In this document: positions 25,038-37,149 of the stretch, in pieces
How the letters are laid out: the number at the start of each line of letters is the position of its first letter
Numbering within the stretch: position 1 is the stretch's first letter
The notes under the pieces: model-generated
What the model was told of the DNA's origin: nothing
Databases searched by the model: none
Seen by the model: only the letters and a program-made list of their open reading frames with translations
Program-made: the position numbers and the translations under genes
NCBI GenBank assembly: GCA_050575255.1
Contig: JBNZDD010013656.1
Location: 1,210,706 to 1,274,705, forward strand
From: Harriotta raleighana
Taxonomy: Eukaryota
Length of the DNA stretch: 64,000 nucleotides
Direction: 5' to 3'

Positions 25038-25734
25038 ATCTAGCACTGGTTGTTTACATGAATGCGCAAAGCTTTCATTGGACATCTCACTCAAAGGCCC
25101 CACAGGATGGCTGGTGTGTGAGATGGACAAATGTCTAGTTGGTATAGGAGATGCTCTTCTGGAATTTGAGCTTGGGCATATTGTTGGATTCAGAGCCGGG
25201 GGAACTTTTACATACATCTAAACTAGGAGAGCTCAATTCTGATGATCATAGCTTGAAAAGGGAAAGTATTCAATTTCTCAGGTCCAACATCTCTCACCAA
25301 TGTAAAATTAGTCAAAGATAGGACTTGGAAAAATAGGAAACCAAATATGAGGACTCTGTTTATTAACAAAGGAGGAGGCCGTTCAGTCCGTTGAGTCTGT
25401 TCCACCTTTTGTAGATCATGGGAAATCTTTAAATCCTATATCATTGCCTTTCTCTCCATAGCTGAAAGGAAGTGGGTCTAATGTAGATGAGATATTGAAA
25501 AGTAGATGAGCCATTTTGGCTATCATTCTTCAGCACTGTCAGCTAGTAAAGAGGTTGAAATTCAGGCAAGAAGGATGTAGAAAGGGGAGGATTATTTATC
25601 TCAGAGAGCCCTCAGGAGCCAGCTTCACTATTGTTTTTCAAAATAATGTTTATGAATCATCAACGTTTTTTGATGTTGATAGGACTAATGCTAAATGTGA
25701 TATATTTTTCAATGAAGTAATTACGAAGCATTAA

Positions 25735-26330
25735 TAATAACAATAACAACAACAACTTGGATATTTACAGGGCCCTCCATGCCAAATGGCATCTCAGAGC
25801 GCTTCACAATAGCAGATCCCGGGGCCGAGCCAGGGGACGGGGGAAAAAGGTGATCAAAAGCCCGGGCAAAAAGAAAGGTCTTTAGCCATGACCTGAAAAT
25901 AGGGGGAAAAAAAGGGTTGAGGAAGGGAGTTCCAGAGCTTCGGGGTGTAGTGACTGAAGGCATGGCCACCGACAGTGGAAAGGAGGATTTGGGGGACAAG
26001 GAGGAGGCCGGGGGATAAGGAGGAGGCCAGACCCAGTAGAGCTAATGCAAAGGCTACTGTTGTGAGGAGAGAGGAAGTCAGAGAGATAGGGGAGTGCAGA
26101 GGAGTGGAGGGATTTGAAAACAAGAGTGTGGATCTTGAAATCTATCCTCTCCGAGACAGGGAACCAATGAGGTCTGGCAAGGGGTAATCGGGGAGTGAAG
26201 TTGGTACAGGTGAGAAAGTGGCAGAATTTTGGATAACCTGGATTTCGTGAATGGTGGCAGAGGGGAGACCGACAAGGAATGCATTGCTATAGTCTTACAT
26301 TTGGTATAACTGCCAAAGGCCATTCAAAGC
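25735..26330 (-). mobile_element. L2 LINE 3' portion (second tail family)
   Basis: Reverse-strand 'STVGGHAFSHYTPKLWNSLP' and 'FRSWLKTFLFARAF' L2 ORF2 motifs, plus (AAC)n tail. Confidence 0.85.
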
Positions 26331-26679
26331 ATTTCACAGGATATATTGTAAAGCGCAGTGACTATTTGTGGGGAAATTCCCTAGCCCATTTGCACATAGC
26401 AATATCCTACAAACAGCAATGAAGTGAATGTCTAATTTTCATGCACATATGATGCACATTCCATGGCATTCGATGTGCATTATCTAATGCAAAATTACAC
26501 ATACCTAACTCTGGTAAACGTTGACATATGGATTCTTATTTGAATCCCAATATGATCATTCCTTATCATTACAATATGATTTTAAAAATCCCATTTAAAA
26601 TCATACTATTGAGATCAGTAAATATATCAATCTCTGTATAATCTTGCCTGAAGTTTCTTAGCACTAAGGTCACATAACA

Positions 26680-27005
26680 TAATAATAATCCTTGCTTAAA
26701 ATATCTCAAAGCACTTTACAGAATTTTCTGGGAAATGTAGTGCCCAAATTTGTAGGTGAACAGAGCATCCAATTTGGGCACAGCAATTTCCCACAAGCAG
26801 TCATGAATTGAGTGAACAATTTTGCAAGTGGGGAAACCATTGGCTAGATGATTAGCAGAAAATCTCTTTTCTTATTCGATAGTGCCAGAGGATCTTGAAT
26901 CTTTACCTAAACAGGCCGACTTTCATTTGAAAGACAGCATTTCCTGCAAAGCAGCACTCCACAGCACTGCATTGAAGTGTCAGTTTAGACTAGGGGCTCA
27001 AAGTC
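26680..27005 (-). mobile_element. Old Deu-domain SINE (SacSINE/AmnSINE-like)
   Basis: Reverse-complement Deu core ('cacagcaatttcccacaagcag') and upstream 'gaaagacagcat...gcagcactcc...gcactgcattgaagtgtcag'. Confidence 0.6.
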
Positions 27006-29377
27006 CCCAATTTATCAGGATCAGAAAGCCCTGCCTAAATTGTGTCACCCCTGCACCCAAGCTGAAACACTGGGGTAGAATGCCAAGCCGCCCCACTGCA
27101 GATCAAGCTAACTTTTCTTGCCAAGAAACACTCATCTGGCGTTTCCACGCTTCATATGCTCCAAGAAAGACTCCAACATAGTCCCAAACCCAACCGACAC
27201 ATTCTTTGGCTCTCATGGTAATCTTGCAGCAGGGTAATTGTCTATGTAAGACTACCCTATTTGTTAGGGCATTGGTTTGAGGATGTGTCTCCAGCTGCAA
27301 ATCTGTCTGGTAAACAAATGGCTGTACATGTTCTTCGCAAACTATGATTACCTCAGGCTTGCTATGAGTTCCAGAGTCTATCCACAGAGCATTTTAACTA
27401 AGGTCCCCTCAATCCTAGGAAATCAGGTAAAATATTGTAGGTTATTTATTCATTTTATTGACCTTGAAAGGGTAAAGGTTTCCGCAATGTAATGATCCCA
27501 ATTTCAGGGTTCACCTCATTGATCTAAAACTGACTGAAGGCACATGCCCATAATTGTTCAATTATATTTCTTTCCAATATTTTCAATAACAATGTAGGGC
27601 ATCAAAACAGAAATGTAAAGAATCTCCATGAAAAAGTATTAATATGTCTTGTTTATTTAAAATCATCTCTAATTTTTTATTTATATCCTTAATCCCCAAT
27701 TTTACAAAGTGTTTGCTAAGAAAACATCTGATCCACAAAAAGTACTGACTAAATCTTTGGTTATATTTGCTTCAGCACTTTGTAATGCTAGAATTCAAGA
27801 TTCCTAGATTAATGTAGTCCATTTGGAGCCACACAGCACTCAGTCTCTGGCATAGGTTCAAGAGACACCTTCTGAAATTCTCCTTGTTTACTTGGAGACG
27901 CTTCGCTTCTCATGCACACACCTGTCAGCTCCATGTTTTCAGGTTATTTTTAAAGAGACTTTGGATGACGATGAACAAACAAGCTTTGCTGGAGGCAATC
28001 AGAGAACTAGTTCAGTGTTGTCCCAAATGTCATCCCAAACACAGATTAGTTTCCTGTTGCGTGCTCAAAGTAGAGTTCAGATTGATTTCATAATAGCAGC
28101 TATAATGCTCTCTACATATATACAGAATTCTGAGGCCTGTAACCTAAGACAGTCTCTCCTTTCAGCTGAAGGGAGACATATGTTCGTTCATGCAATCAAT
28201 GCTGATTTGGTCAATAGGAAGGGACTCTGTGACTAAAAGTGAAGGAAAGTGTGCGTTATTAGGACTGGGACAAATTAACAATATTAACCTGCAATCCTTC
28301 ATAAATTATAAAGCCTCCAGTTAGAAATACAATGCCCAAAATTTTAACGTCACGAACATATATCTTTACCAACATTGTATGGAGTCAGATTTGCTTTGAG
28401 TATTATAATTACCTCTAGCTTTCATTGTTAAAATATAGCTATTTTGAACCACTCACTCGTATAGCAATAAAGTAAAGGTTACAGCAACTGAGAATGATTT
28501 TCAGGCTATAATTTAGGCTCAGACAACTTTGTGTAATCATAGGGCAATACAATGGGTATGTGATGTAATACTTGTCACCGGTGACAATTATCACATAACA
28601 AATTATATTTGTATATTATATTAATATTAATATTTTTATATTAATTCTGTATATTTCCAGCACCTTGGGACGCCTTCCTGATGTGAAAGGCACTATACAA
28701 ATGTAATTTTGTTGTTGTTTTATAGAGGTCAGATCTTTAATATCGTTAATGTGCACTAGCCAGGAGGTGTGAGAGAGCAGGCTGAAGCTGGTAACCACTC
28801 TCACCAGCATTTTCCGCAGTTGCTGGGACGCCTGGAGGATTTCCTCTGCTCACTATGTGCTAGTAATATTCTTTTCCTGCAAGTATAATTACTGGGCACC
28901 TACCAGTTGTCATGTCAGCGCCTTGGGACGTCCTGCCAACATAAAATGTAATTTTGTTGTTGTTATTATTATACCAATGACAATAGCAGATTTGCAAGGT
29001 GATGTGGGGAACTTGAACAATGAGATTACAGCCTTGAACTATTTCATCAATGCTATGCGGCAGAGAGTTCTACAATTCACTAATTGGTTTGAGGATACCA
29101 CAATCCTCTGCATAAAGACTTTTCTCTAACCTCCCTTTTAAATCTATTTTGTGATTATCCAAAGTGGGGAATAGAAGAAAATGTTGCAACACCAACAAAA
29201 TTGATATTCCTTTTGTTGCTCAGGGCAATGATTTTGATGTTATGTGCTGATAATGGGACTCTCCTATACTGCTGAAGGTCAGAGACGAGTGGAATTTCTT
29301 GCCCTTTACCTCAAATGAGGAGAAATGTTTAATGGGTATAAAAACATTCAGCAAATCCACAGTGTAAACATAATATT

Positions 29378-29737
29378 GGATCCTCTAGTTCAGAATTACG
29401 ATTGCAACAACACATCATCAGGAATGTAAGACCAATCTGACTCGTGATGGTCAACACCCAGCTGATATTCCCTATCAGTGGGTGATACAATCCTCCCTCA
29501 GTCCTCCCATGATTGGAAGAGCCAGTGTTGAAGGATCAATACATGACAATGCTAAGGCTGCCACAAGCCAGTTATCCCTGACACTTCCCGCTTACAATCC
29601 CCAAACCCGATAGAATCGTGAGGCCCTACTTTCACGGTCTGTATTCATACTGAAAATTGAGATCAAGGGAGCTTTTCCCTTCTGCTTCACAGGAGCTTTC
29701 TGTCCTTTTTGAGCTTGACTTAGGAGCTCTACGTTAC
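29378..29737 (-). pseudogene. Decayed 28S rRNA fragment (domain V to sarcin-ricin loop region)
   Basis: Collinear matches to the reverse complement of 28S: 'gcaacaacacatcatcag', 'ttccctatcagtgggtga', 'ggaagagcc', 'gaaggatcaa', 'gccacaagccagttatccctg', 'tcgtgaggccc', 'ctttcacggtctgtattc', 'gatcaag.gagctttt', 'tttctgtcct'. Many substitutions and short deletions. Confidence 0.9.
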
Positions 29738-31958
29738 ACTGCATTAATGACTGTCATGCGCTAACTGATTCATTGTCAACTCATCTGTCACTCCATGATT
29801 CAGCACATCATGATAATAATGCACTCATTGTCAGCACACTAGCACACCTGCGCCGATGTGCTAACAGTGAATGAGTTCGCCTTAATGTGCTTGGGGTATT
29901 TTATGAGTAAAATAGTCATTAATTATGCACTTCTTTCCTGATGCTGTCTCGCTTACCAGCGCTGACACACATAGAGTAATGTCTCAGAGCACTTTCTGGG
30001 ACAGGGTTGGATGCTGAGGGGGGAGGAGGAGTGGGGAAAGCCTTGGACTTGCAGATTTGAGATATTGAATTTGTCCCCTAAATTTTCCCTGGATTCCTGC
30101 AGGCTTTTGCCAGGTGTGTCCTCCTCTATCTCAAAGTAAAGCGGAATCTTATTGCTGGGGCAAAGGTATACAAATATCCATTCTCCTTTATATAATGCCA
30201 CAGTAGCGTAACTATAATGTGCCAACTCACTCACTGCCAGCACACATGGCACTCCGGGGGGGAAGAGTTATTCATACAGGAGCGAGTGCAACGTGACAAA
30301 TTCCTGGGCACAATTAGGAGCAGATGTTGCAACCAGTCAGCGTGCTGTACCTGCAGGTTAATAAACAAAAGCAACATTTTCCATGACAGGTTTAGTTCCC
30401 TCTGGGGTGATGACTTACAACAAGGTTACAGTCTCATCACTACTTTTTTTTCAGAGGGTGTAAATAAGAACTTCTGCCAGAAGCATGCTGTGTGCGGTAA
30501 TATTAACCTGAGTTTATGGGAATATGTTTTCAGTTCAGAAAATACACTAACAGTCATTGGCAAGAGTCCACATTTCTGCACGTTCATTTAGACCTAGCTC
30601 TAACAAGACAGCATCTGTGGCTAGAAATTCCATGCATTTCTCTACCAGTGAAGTACTTCAAAAGTAATGGAATTGGTGAGAATAAAATAAAATGTATGTT
30701 GTTGAAATATATGCTAAATTCCACAATTTTTTTGGGCGCACCAAATCATTATTGGAGTTCAATCTAGATCCATTCATCCTCCCGACGTGAAAGGCGCTAT
30801 ATACATGTAATTATTGAATTATTGATTGATTCTTCTGATTTCACCTGAGGTAGGTGGGATTTCAGATCTCAGATGCAACCGCCAACCCTTCTCCCAACTT
30901 CTGAATGCACATTTGGCTCCCCTTGCTTTGATACATTTCCACTGTATCAGATTCCAAGTGGTTATTATGCATTGTGTGAGCCTTGACAGCGATGAAGGTT
31001 AGAGAAGTAAAACTATCCAGAACAAGGGGACACAAAAACAAACCCCATATAATAATAATAATCCTTGCATTTGATATAGTGCCTCATGAGGTCTTCGAGA
31101 CGTCTCAAAATACTTCACAGAATATAGAGTAAAGTGAATTGATTGTATATTTTGTGAGCGAAACGTGGACAGATTTAATTACTTTACACAAAGAGTGGTG
31201 AATAAGTAGGATAGACCTCCCAGGGAGCCAGTGGAGGCAGATTGTGAAGGACAATGGCGGGCAACCTGTGTTCAATCATAAGTGTGTTTTCAGTTCTTTC
31301 TTGATTGAATATTTCCTGATTTATGGCATCAATCGGGAAAAATTCAATCAAGTAAATTTATTTTGTTGGCCAACCATAAAGGTTGGTGTAGGCAATTTTT
31401 CAATGAAGAATTAGATAGAAATTTGGCAAAGAAATTGATTGAGGCTGTACGACATAGCATTGCAAATGGGAATTTAGCCTGACTTTCATCTCCTTAACCC
31501 AAACCACCTTCACTAATAACACTCCACCATTCCGCCATTCGAGTTTAACTGAGGGATTGTTGGCCGGGAAACAGATTCCGTTCTTGTACAGAAGCACGAG
31601 GAGTGAAGGAGCTTTTACTCAGATTATGCTTCACCAAGTCATCCCCAATGCTAAGAATTGGAGAGAAAAGCAGGCGCCAGATGTTTCATCTTTTCACGTT
31701 ATGGTGAAACTTGCTTTCTAATGACCTTTTTTTAATCACTTAGAAACCAAACCTAAATTAATGCGTTGTTTGCAGATTTGACAAATTGTGGCTTTTCTTT
31801 TGCGAGTGGGATGATCCATGCAGTGTTTCCATGGATGTCCCCAGTTTGTGACAATTAATTAATTGCTCCTCCTGCTCAGACTCAATTTTGACATCAACTC
31901 ACTTGATATCTCTTCTGTCTCACATTCCGTACCTCAGACTCTATACTGCTTCTGACCA

Positions 31959-32017
31959 CAACTGGATTACTGGATTACTTTTTCACTTTTTCAACTGGAT
32001 TACTGGATTACTTTTTC
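31959..32017. repeat. Short tandem duplication (caactggattactggattactttttca) x2
   Basis: Directly visible. Confidence 0.85.
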
Positions 32018-33299
32018 AAGGGGCTTTCAAAATCCTGGATAACCCTTTTGTCATCGGGTAACGAACAATTGGATCAAGTTTCTAGGAAGAGTGGTTGAGA
32101 CCAGGACCTCAGATTCATATCACAAGATCACAAGATTAGTTTGGCTGAAAATGGCCATTCAGACCATTTGATCTTTCCAAAATACCCACCTCGTCACAGC
32201 ATCAAGCTTTTTTTGTAAAGTAATATCAAGCTGTTTTTAAATGTAATAAATAGCTTCACTGTCATGGAAATATGGCAGATTAGGCACAACCAAGAGGTTT
32301 GGTCTACAAGTATGGAAGGGGCTTCTTCATCTGAGCTTCTCTTGTGAAATTGTTTGACCTGCACATACATGTTGTGTAGTTTGCAGCACATCTGAGAGTG
32401 CTGAGAGTCTGCAAATTGTCAATGTTTTCAGATTCCCCTGGAATATACTTTCCATCACTCACATACTATAGCTTTGTCCTGTAAGTACAAACAGTATTTA
32501 GATCTGGCAGCAAGTTATTTTCATAAATAATGCTAGAAAAGCATTAGTTCAGTCCAAAAATCATAAAAGGCACTGTAGTTATTGGTTGTCCAGTTAGATT
32601 GTTTTTATGTTGCTATGTTATATGATACTGAGATCATGAAGTTAGATCAGGACATAAGGAGAATAAGATCTGATTCATGAGCAGATGGGGAATAAACAAC
32701 TTCTTTATCATTCTTTAAAATGCAATGACAAGTTTATGTATGTAAACAGATCTGATTTTCAGATATAAGGATTGTGATTTTTTTGGGATTGAACTCTTGC
32801 ACTCTTACTTAGCCGCCTCACTGCCTGTTTTCGTTTCTACACTTTTGACTTATTTACTGATGTGAATGCCATGATTAATCCTGAATATATCAAACACACA
32901 GTGTTGAACTTCTTCAGTCCCATGTCACTGCATTCACTCCCCCACCAGGCACATGCCTAAAACACAATGAATCAAAGCTGTGATCTTGGGGACAGCAAAT
33001 ATCCACAAATGAAATTATAATTTACCCAGTTTCAGTGCTGACATGAATCCCCTAGCATGTGCCACTGTTAACTGTCTGGTTAGTTTATAGAAACTGTAGT
33101 GAACTTCACCAAATAATTAGCCGTGTACTTCATAGACCTATTTAGCCATGTAGGAGTATTCATACACTCAATAATATCACCACCTAATTCCCACTGAGCA
33201 AATGGATGATGATAGTGAGGCCCCTTTTCATGGTATTATCAACGTACCTCAAGGACTAGATGTGTTTAACACCGTGTTAAGTGCTTATTAATCCCTTCA

Positions 33300-33500
33300 A
33301 AAAAATAAGTAAAATAATAATATTTTGGTCATTCAATCCATTGATGTTTGTGGGACATTGCCATGCACAATAGGCTGCACAATTGCTCACAAAATATAGA
33401 GTCAATTCACTTTACAACATACTTTGTGAAGCAGTCTGAGATGTCTCAGCGACTTGATAAGGCGCTATATCAAATGCAAGGATTATTGCTATTATTTATT
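33300..33500 (+). mobile_element. Deu-SINE 3' half
   Basis: Deu core 'tgtttgtgggacattgccatgcac' followed by the family tail. Confidence 0.8.
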
Positions 33501-33759
33501 ATTACCCCTGATCATGGAGTTCAACCAGGAGGCAAGTATAATAAACTTTTTTTTTTTTTAATTGTGGGGGGAAAGGAGTGTTAAATAAATGATGTATTAA
33601 TTTATTTTGTATAGAATGACTGAGAGAAGGTCTGATAGAGTTGCTTGATATTATGCAGAAGTTCCTTCATAATTTTAAATTAGTGAAAAAAATAAACAGT
33701 CTTTTCAACCCAATTTGTTCTTGCCAGTGTTCATACTCATGGGAGTGATCACCCAACCT

Positions 33760-34680
33760 AATCCCACTCCCTAGTCTCCTTCTTCCATTTCCAATCCCTT
33801 CTTTCAGTTTTATATCATGTTTCCTTTTAAATACATTTAAACTTTCTTCTGGAACCACAGTTTATCTGGCAGCGGGTTCCAAGTTCTCACCACTTTCTTA
33901 AACTCTCTTTTTGAGATGTCTTCTTATATTTATGCCCCCTGTTATGGATTTGCCAACAATAGGGAACCTCATCATAATTTTGAATACCTCTTCCAAGGCA
34001 CCATCCCCCCCTGCCCCGACTCCCCTCACAAACTCAATTATTCCATCTCCAGGATAAAAAGTTCTAACCTTTTCTGTCTTTCCTGATAGCTGTATCCTCT
34101 CATCCATGGTACTTTCTCAGTTAAATCAACTCTGCACTCTCTCCATTGCCACAATTTATTTCTTGTAGAATGGTGACCAGAGGTGTATTCCAAATGTGGT
34201 CTAAGCAAGGTTTTATAGAAATATAAGATTACTTCCACGCTATTTCATTCTATCCCTCTGGGCATAAAGTCCACGACAATATTGCATTCTTTATTGCCTT
34301 ATCTACCTGTGTTGCTACTTTTAGATAATTATTCATCTAATTCCCCAGATCCCCTTCTCCTCTGCTCCTCTTAGGTTCTTACTATTTAATTTACGAGGGA
34401 TTTCTTTATTCCTCCTATCCAAGTGAATCACTTCAACACACAAAATACACACAGCCATATCACTTTACAATATATCCTGTGAAAGCCTTTGAGTGCCTTG
34501 ACAATGTGATAAGGCACTATATCAAATTCAAGGATTATTATAATTTATCAATATTTTAATTAATCTGCCACCTATAGGCCTATTCTGGAAGCCTGTCCAT
34601 CATCTTGTATCTGTGCAATGTCTTCATTATTTACCATACTCCTCCATTTGGTGTCATTTGCAAATATCAACACCCTGTAT
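33760..34680 (-). mobile_element. CR1 LINE ORF2 3' part, interrupted by a SINE tail (~34440-34545)
   Basis: Reverse-strand peptides 'FANDTKW' (FADDTKL-like), 'YKTLLRPHLEY' and 'SYQERQKRLELFILE'; frameshifted. Confidence 0.85.
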
Positions 34681-35687
34681 TCACAAGCAGGATCTACTGG
34701 AGCTGAACTGGCTCCAAGGTGATCTTTTTGGCAACAGAATATCAGAATTGAGCCAACCCTCTGTGGTTCTCTCAGTAGTCCAGTTACTAAGCAAGGCAGG
34801 TTCACAGTACTTCAAGGACTGCTGGAGACTGCCCTGCAGGCTGGCTCATCTGTAGGACTCGGAAGGGCAAACAATTACTGAGGGCAAGCATTCTTCCCAC
34901 TCAGTTCAATACCGTCAACAACAGGAATAACAATTTGCATTTATATAGCGCCTTTCCCGCAGGATAGTGTCTTGGAGCACTTAAAAACTCTAATAGCTCT
35001 TGCCAAACTGCACCTATTACTCTGGAATATTAGGTAAACAGGATGCATCCCTCCAGGGAGAGAGTGTGCATTCCATTCCAATTTAAATATCTTGGGAATT
35101 TCTATGTGAAGATGGGATGCATGCAACCATCCAATTGTTTTGAATACTCTTAAGTATGGTGATGGGTGATTGACCCCCAAAAAATTCCTGTATATATGTC
35201 CAAACCAGCTTCTAAATTAAGAATTTAAGAACTAGCATAAATTTGCACCTTCTAAAAGGCTAAGAAAAAAAATTACGACTGCACCCAGATGGAGTTTCTC
35301 TCTCCTCAGAGGAGCAACAAAGTGTGGTGCTGGTTTTGTTTCCTTGCAAATGTAGAGTTCCCTTCTTTAGTGTGATCTCCATTCTATTGCTCCAGTCAGC
35401 TGTGTATATTAACTGTAATCTGAGAATTCACACACCTGCATTGAGAGAAATATCCTTAACATTAATGATATAATGTAGATATTTACGATGATTTGTATGA
35501 ACAACTTACATTGAATTTTACAATATTCAATATAATCCTTGCTGCTTTTACCTATGTTTTGTAGTTGTCAGCCTGGCTCAGTTGTTTGCACGATCACCTC
35601 TGATTTAGCAGTGTGAGTGTTCAAACCCTTTGTATGAGAGCAAGCATGAAGAAGATAGTCATTTAATTGTTGATGGTGGTAAAGAGT

Positions 35688-35850
35688 GGAGTGCCAAAGC
35701 ATTTTGGTTAGCATATTTGCCTCGCAAGTGAGAGAACCTGGATTTGATCCCCGGCCAGGTAAGCTTTCTTACTCTACATGTCTGTTTACCTAATAGGATA
35801 TAGGAACCCAGTTCTTAGTTGATTGGCTCATCGCTTTTCTGACTGTAATA
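35688..35850 (+). mobile_element. Deu-SINE 5' fragment (older subfamily)
   Basis: tRNA-like head plus 'ctgtttacctaataggatataggaacccagtt' segment. Confidence 0.65.
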
Positions 35851-35894
35851 ATCCCTAAAGAAAAATAAAATAAATAAAATTCTACCTGCACTCC

Positions 35895-36040
35895 CAAATA
35901 ATCCTGGAATAAGAGAGGGATTTGTCCAAAGTGGGGTAGGGGCAGCACTACTTGAGCTACATTTAGACTTTAGCAATGTTTTTGACACAGCGCCACTCAG
36001 GAGATTGGTACACAAGGGTGAAAGGCATGGAATGGGGAGG
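35895..36040 (+). mobile_element. CR1 reverse transcriptase fragment
   Basis: Translates 'LHLDFSNVFDTAPLRRLVHKGERHGMG', resembling the CR1 motif YLDFSKAFDTVPHRRL..K...HGI. Confidence 0.75.
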
Positions 36041-36922
36041 AACAACAACAGCTTCTTCCCGTGCTGAGCATTCCTCTGACTCTAAGGTTCCTGTTAGAAA
36101 ATAGTTTTGAAAATGTTTGTGGCAAAATCACCAAACACACCGGACGGAGGCGAATGTGATTAATGAGGCCTATATATCCCTTTTGGCTTTGAGCTGAAGG
36201 AAATTAATTAAAAATATCTCTTTGTACAAATGTTTCTTGAAAATAAGACGTTTTCATTGGAAAGAGATTGCCGTTTGACTACGCTCTCTGCCAGGTATTA
36301 CTTGTATTTGTCCAAGTGGATTTTCTGTATTTTCTTTAGCTGGATTGCTGGAATTTTCACATCTATAATGCCAAGGTGCACTATCAGGACTGCAGTCAAT
36401 GGTTTTACACTGTTCCTAAATAGAAGAGTTTCTCCTGATGTCCTGTCCTGACCAACAGTGTTCCAAATCAATTACTCATTCGCCTCATGGCTGTTTGTAG
36501 GACTTTACTGTGGGTAACTGATATGTTTACCTACAAAAATAAACGTGACTGCATCCAACAGTAATTACTTGTTGAATTCTTTGAAATGTGATAGGTTCAA
36601 AATTCCAGTGCATTTACCCTCAAAGAGCTAAAGGTTTTGGAATTAAGGAATGAGCATTTGTATGTGGGAATGTTAATGCCAATTATTTCCGGTATGTGAA
36701 CGATCACCTCTGGAAGGGTCAGAATTGAAAGAATTGATAGCTTTGATTAAATAAAGCAGCTCGTTGGAAAGAAGATCCAGAAGAGCAAACAACCTGGCCA
36801 TCAATCACAACAACAAGATCGTTTCAAAATCACAAGGTTGTTTTGAATGAAGAAGGCCATTCAATCAAGTTGATCTCATTCGTCCAAACCTACCATCTTC
36901 ATATCACAGCAACAAGCTTGAA

Positions 36923-37052
36923 TTCTGACAAAGGGTCATGGATCCGAAATGTTGACTCACTTTTCCTTTCTCCATAGATGCTGCCTGACCAGTTGAATGT
37001 TCCCAGTGATTTCTGTTTTTGTTTCAGATTTCCTGCATCTGCAGTATTTTGC
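36923..37052 (+). mobile_element. Penelope-like element terminal fragment
   Basis: 'ttctgacaaagggtc...ccgaaatgttgactc...agatgctgcctgacc...catctgcagtattttgc' matches the recalled chondrichthyan Penelope terminal repeat. Confidence 0.6.
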
Positions 37053-37149
37053 GTTTTTGTTCCAAACTTTATATCCTCTAGTTCTATTGTCTTGGTGCAT
37101 CCTGAATTATTGTTCTCGGTTTACTTTTATCAATTCCATTTAAAATACA

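Noticed and set aside
27884-28236. 114 aa ORF with an acceptor near 27942
   Set aside because: No good donor, no recognisable domain, and two frames are equally open.
28655-28680. REST/RE1-like 'cagcaccttgggac' in L2 tails
   Set aside because: Spacer is one base too long and the right half-site is poor; not a credible RE1 site.
30846-30862. let-7-like seed 'tgaggtag'
   Set aside because: The rest does not match let-7 and there is no adequate precursor hairpin.
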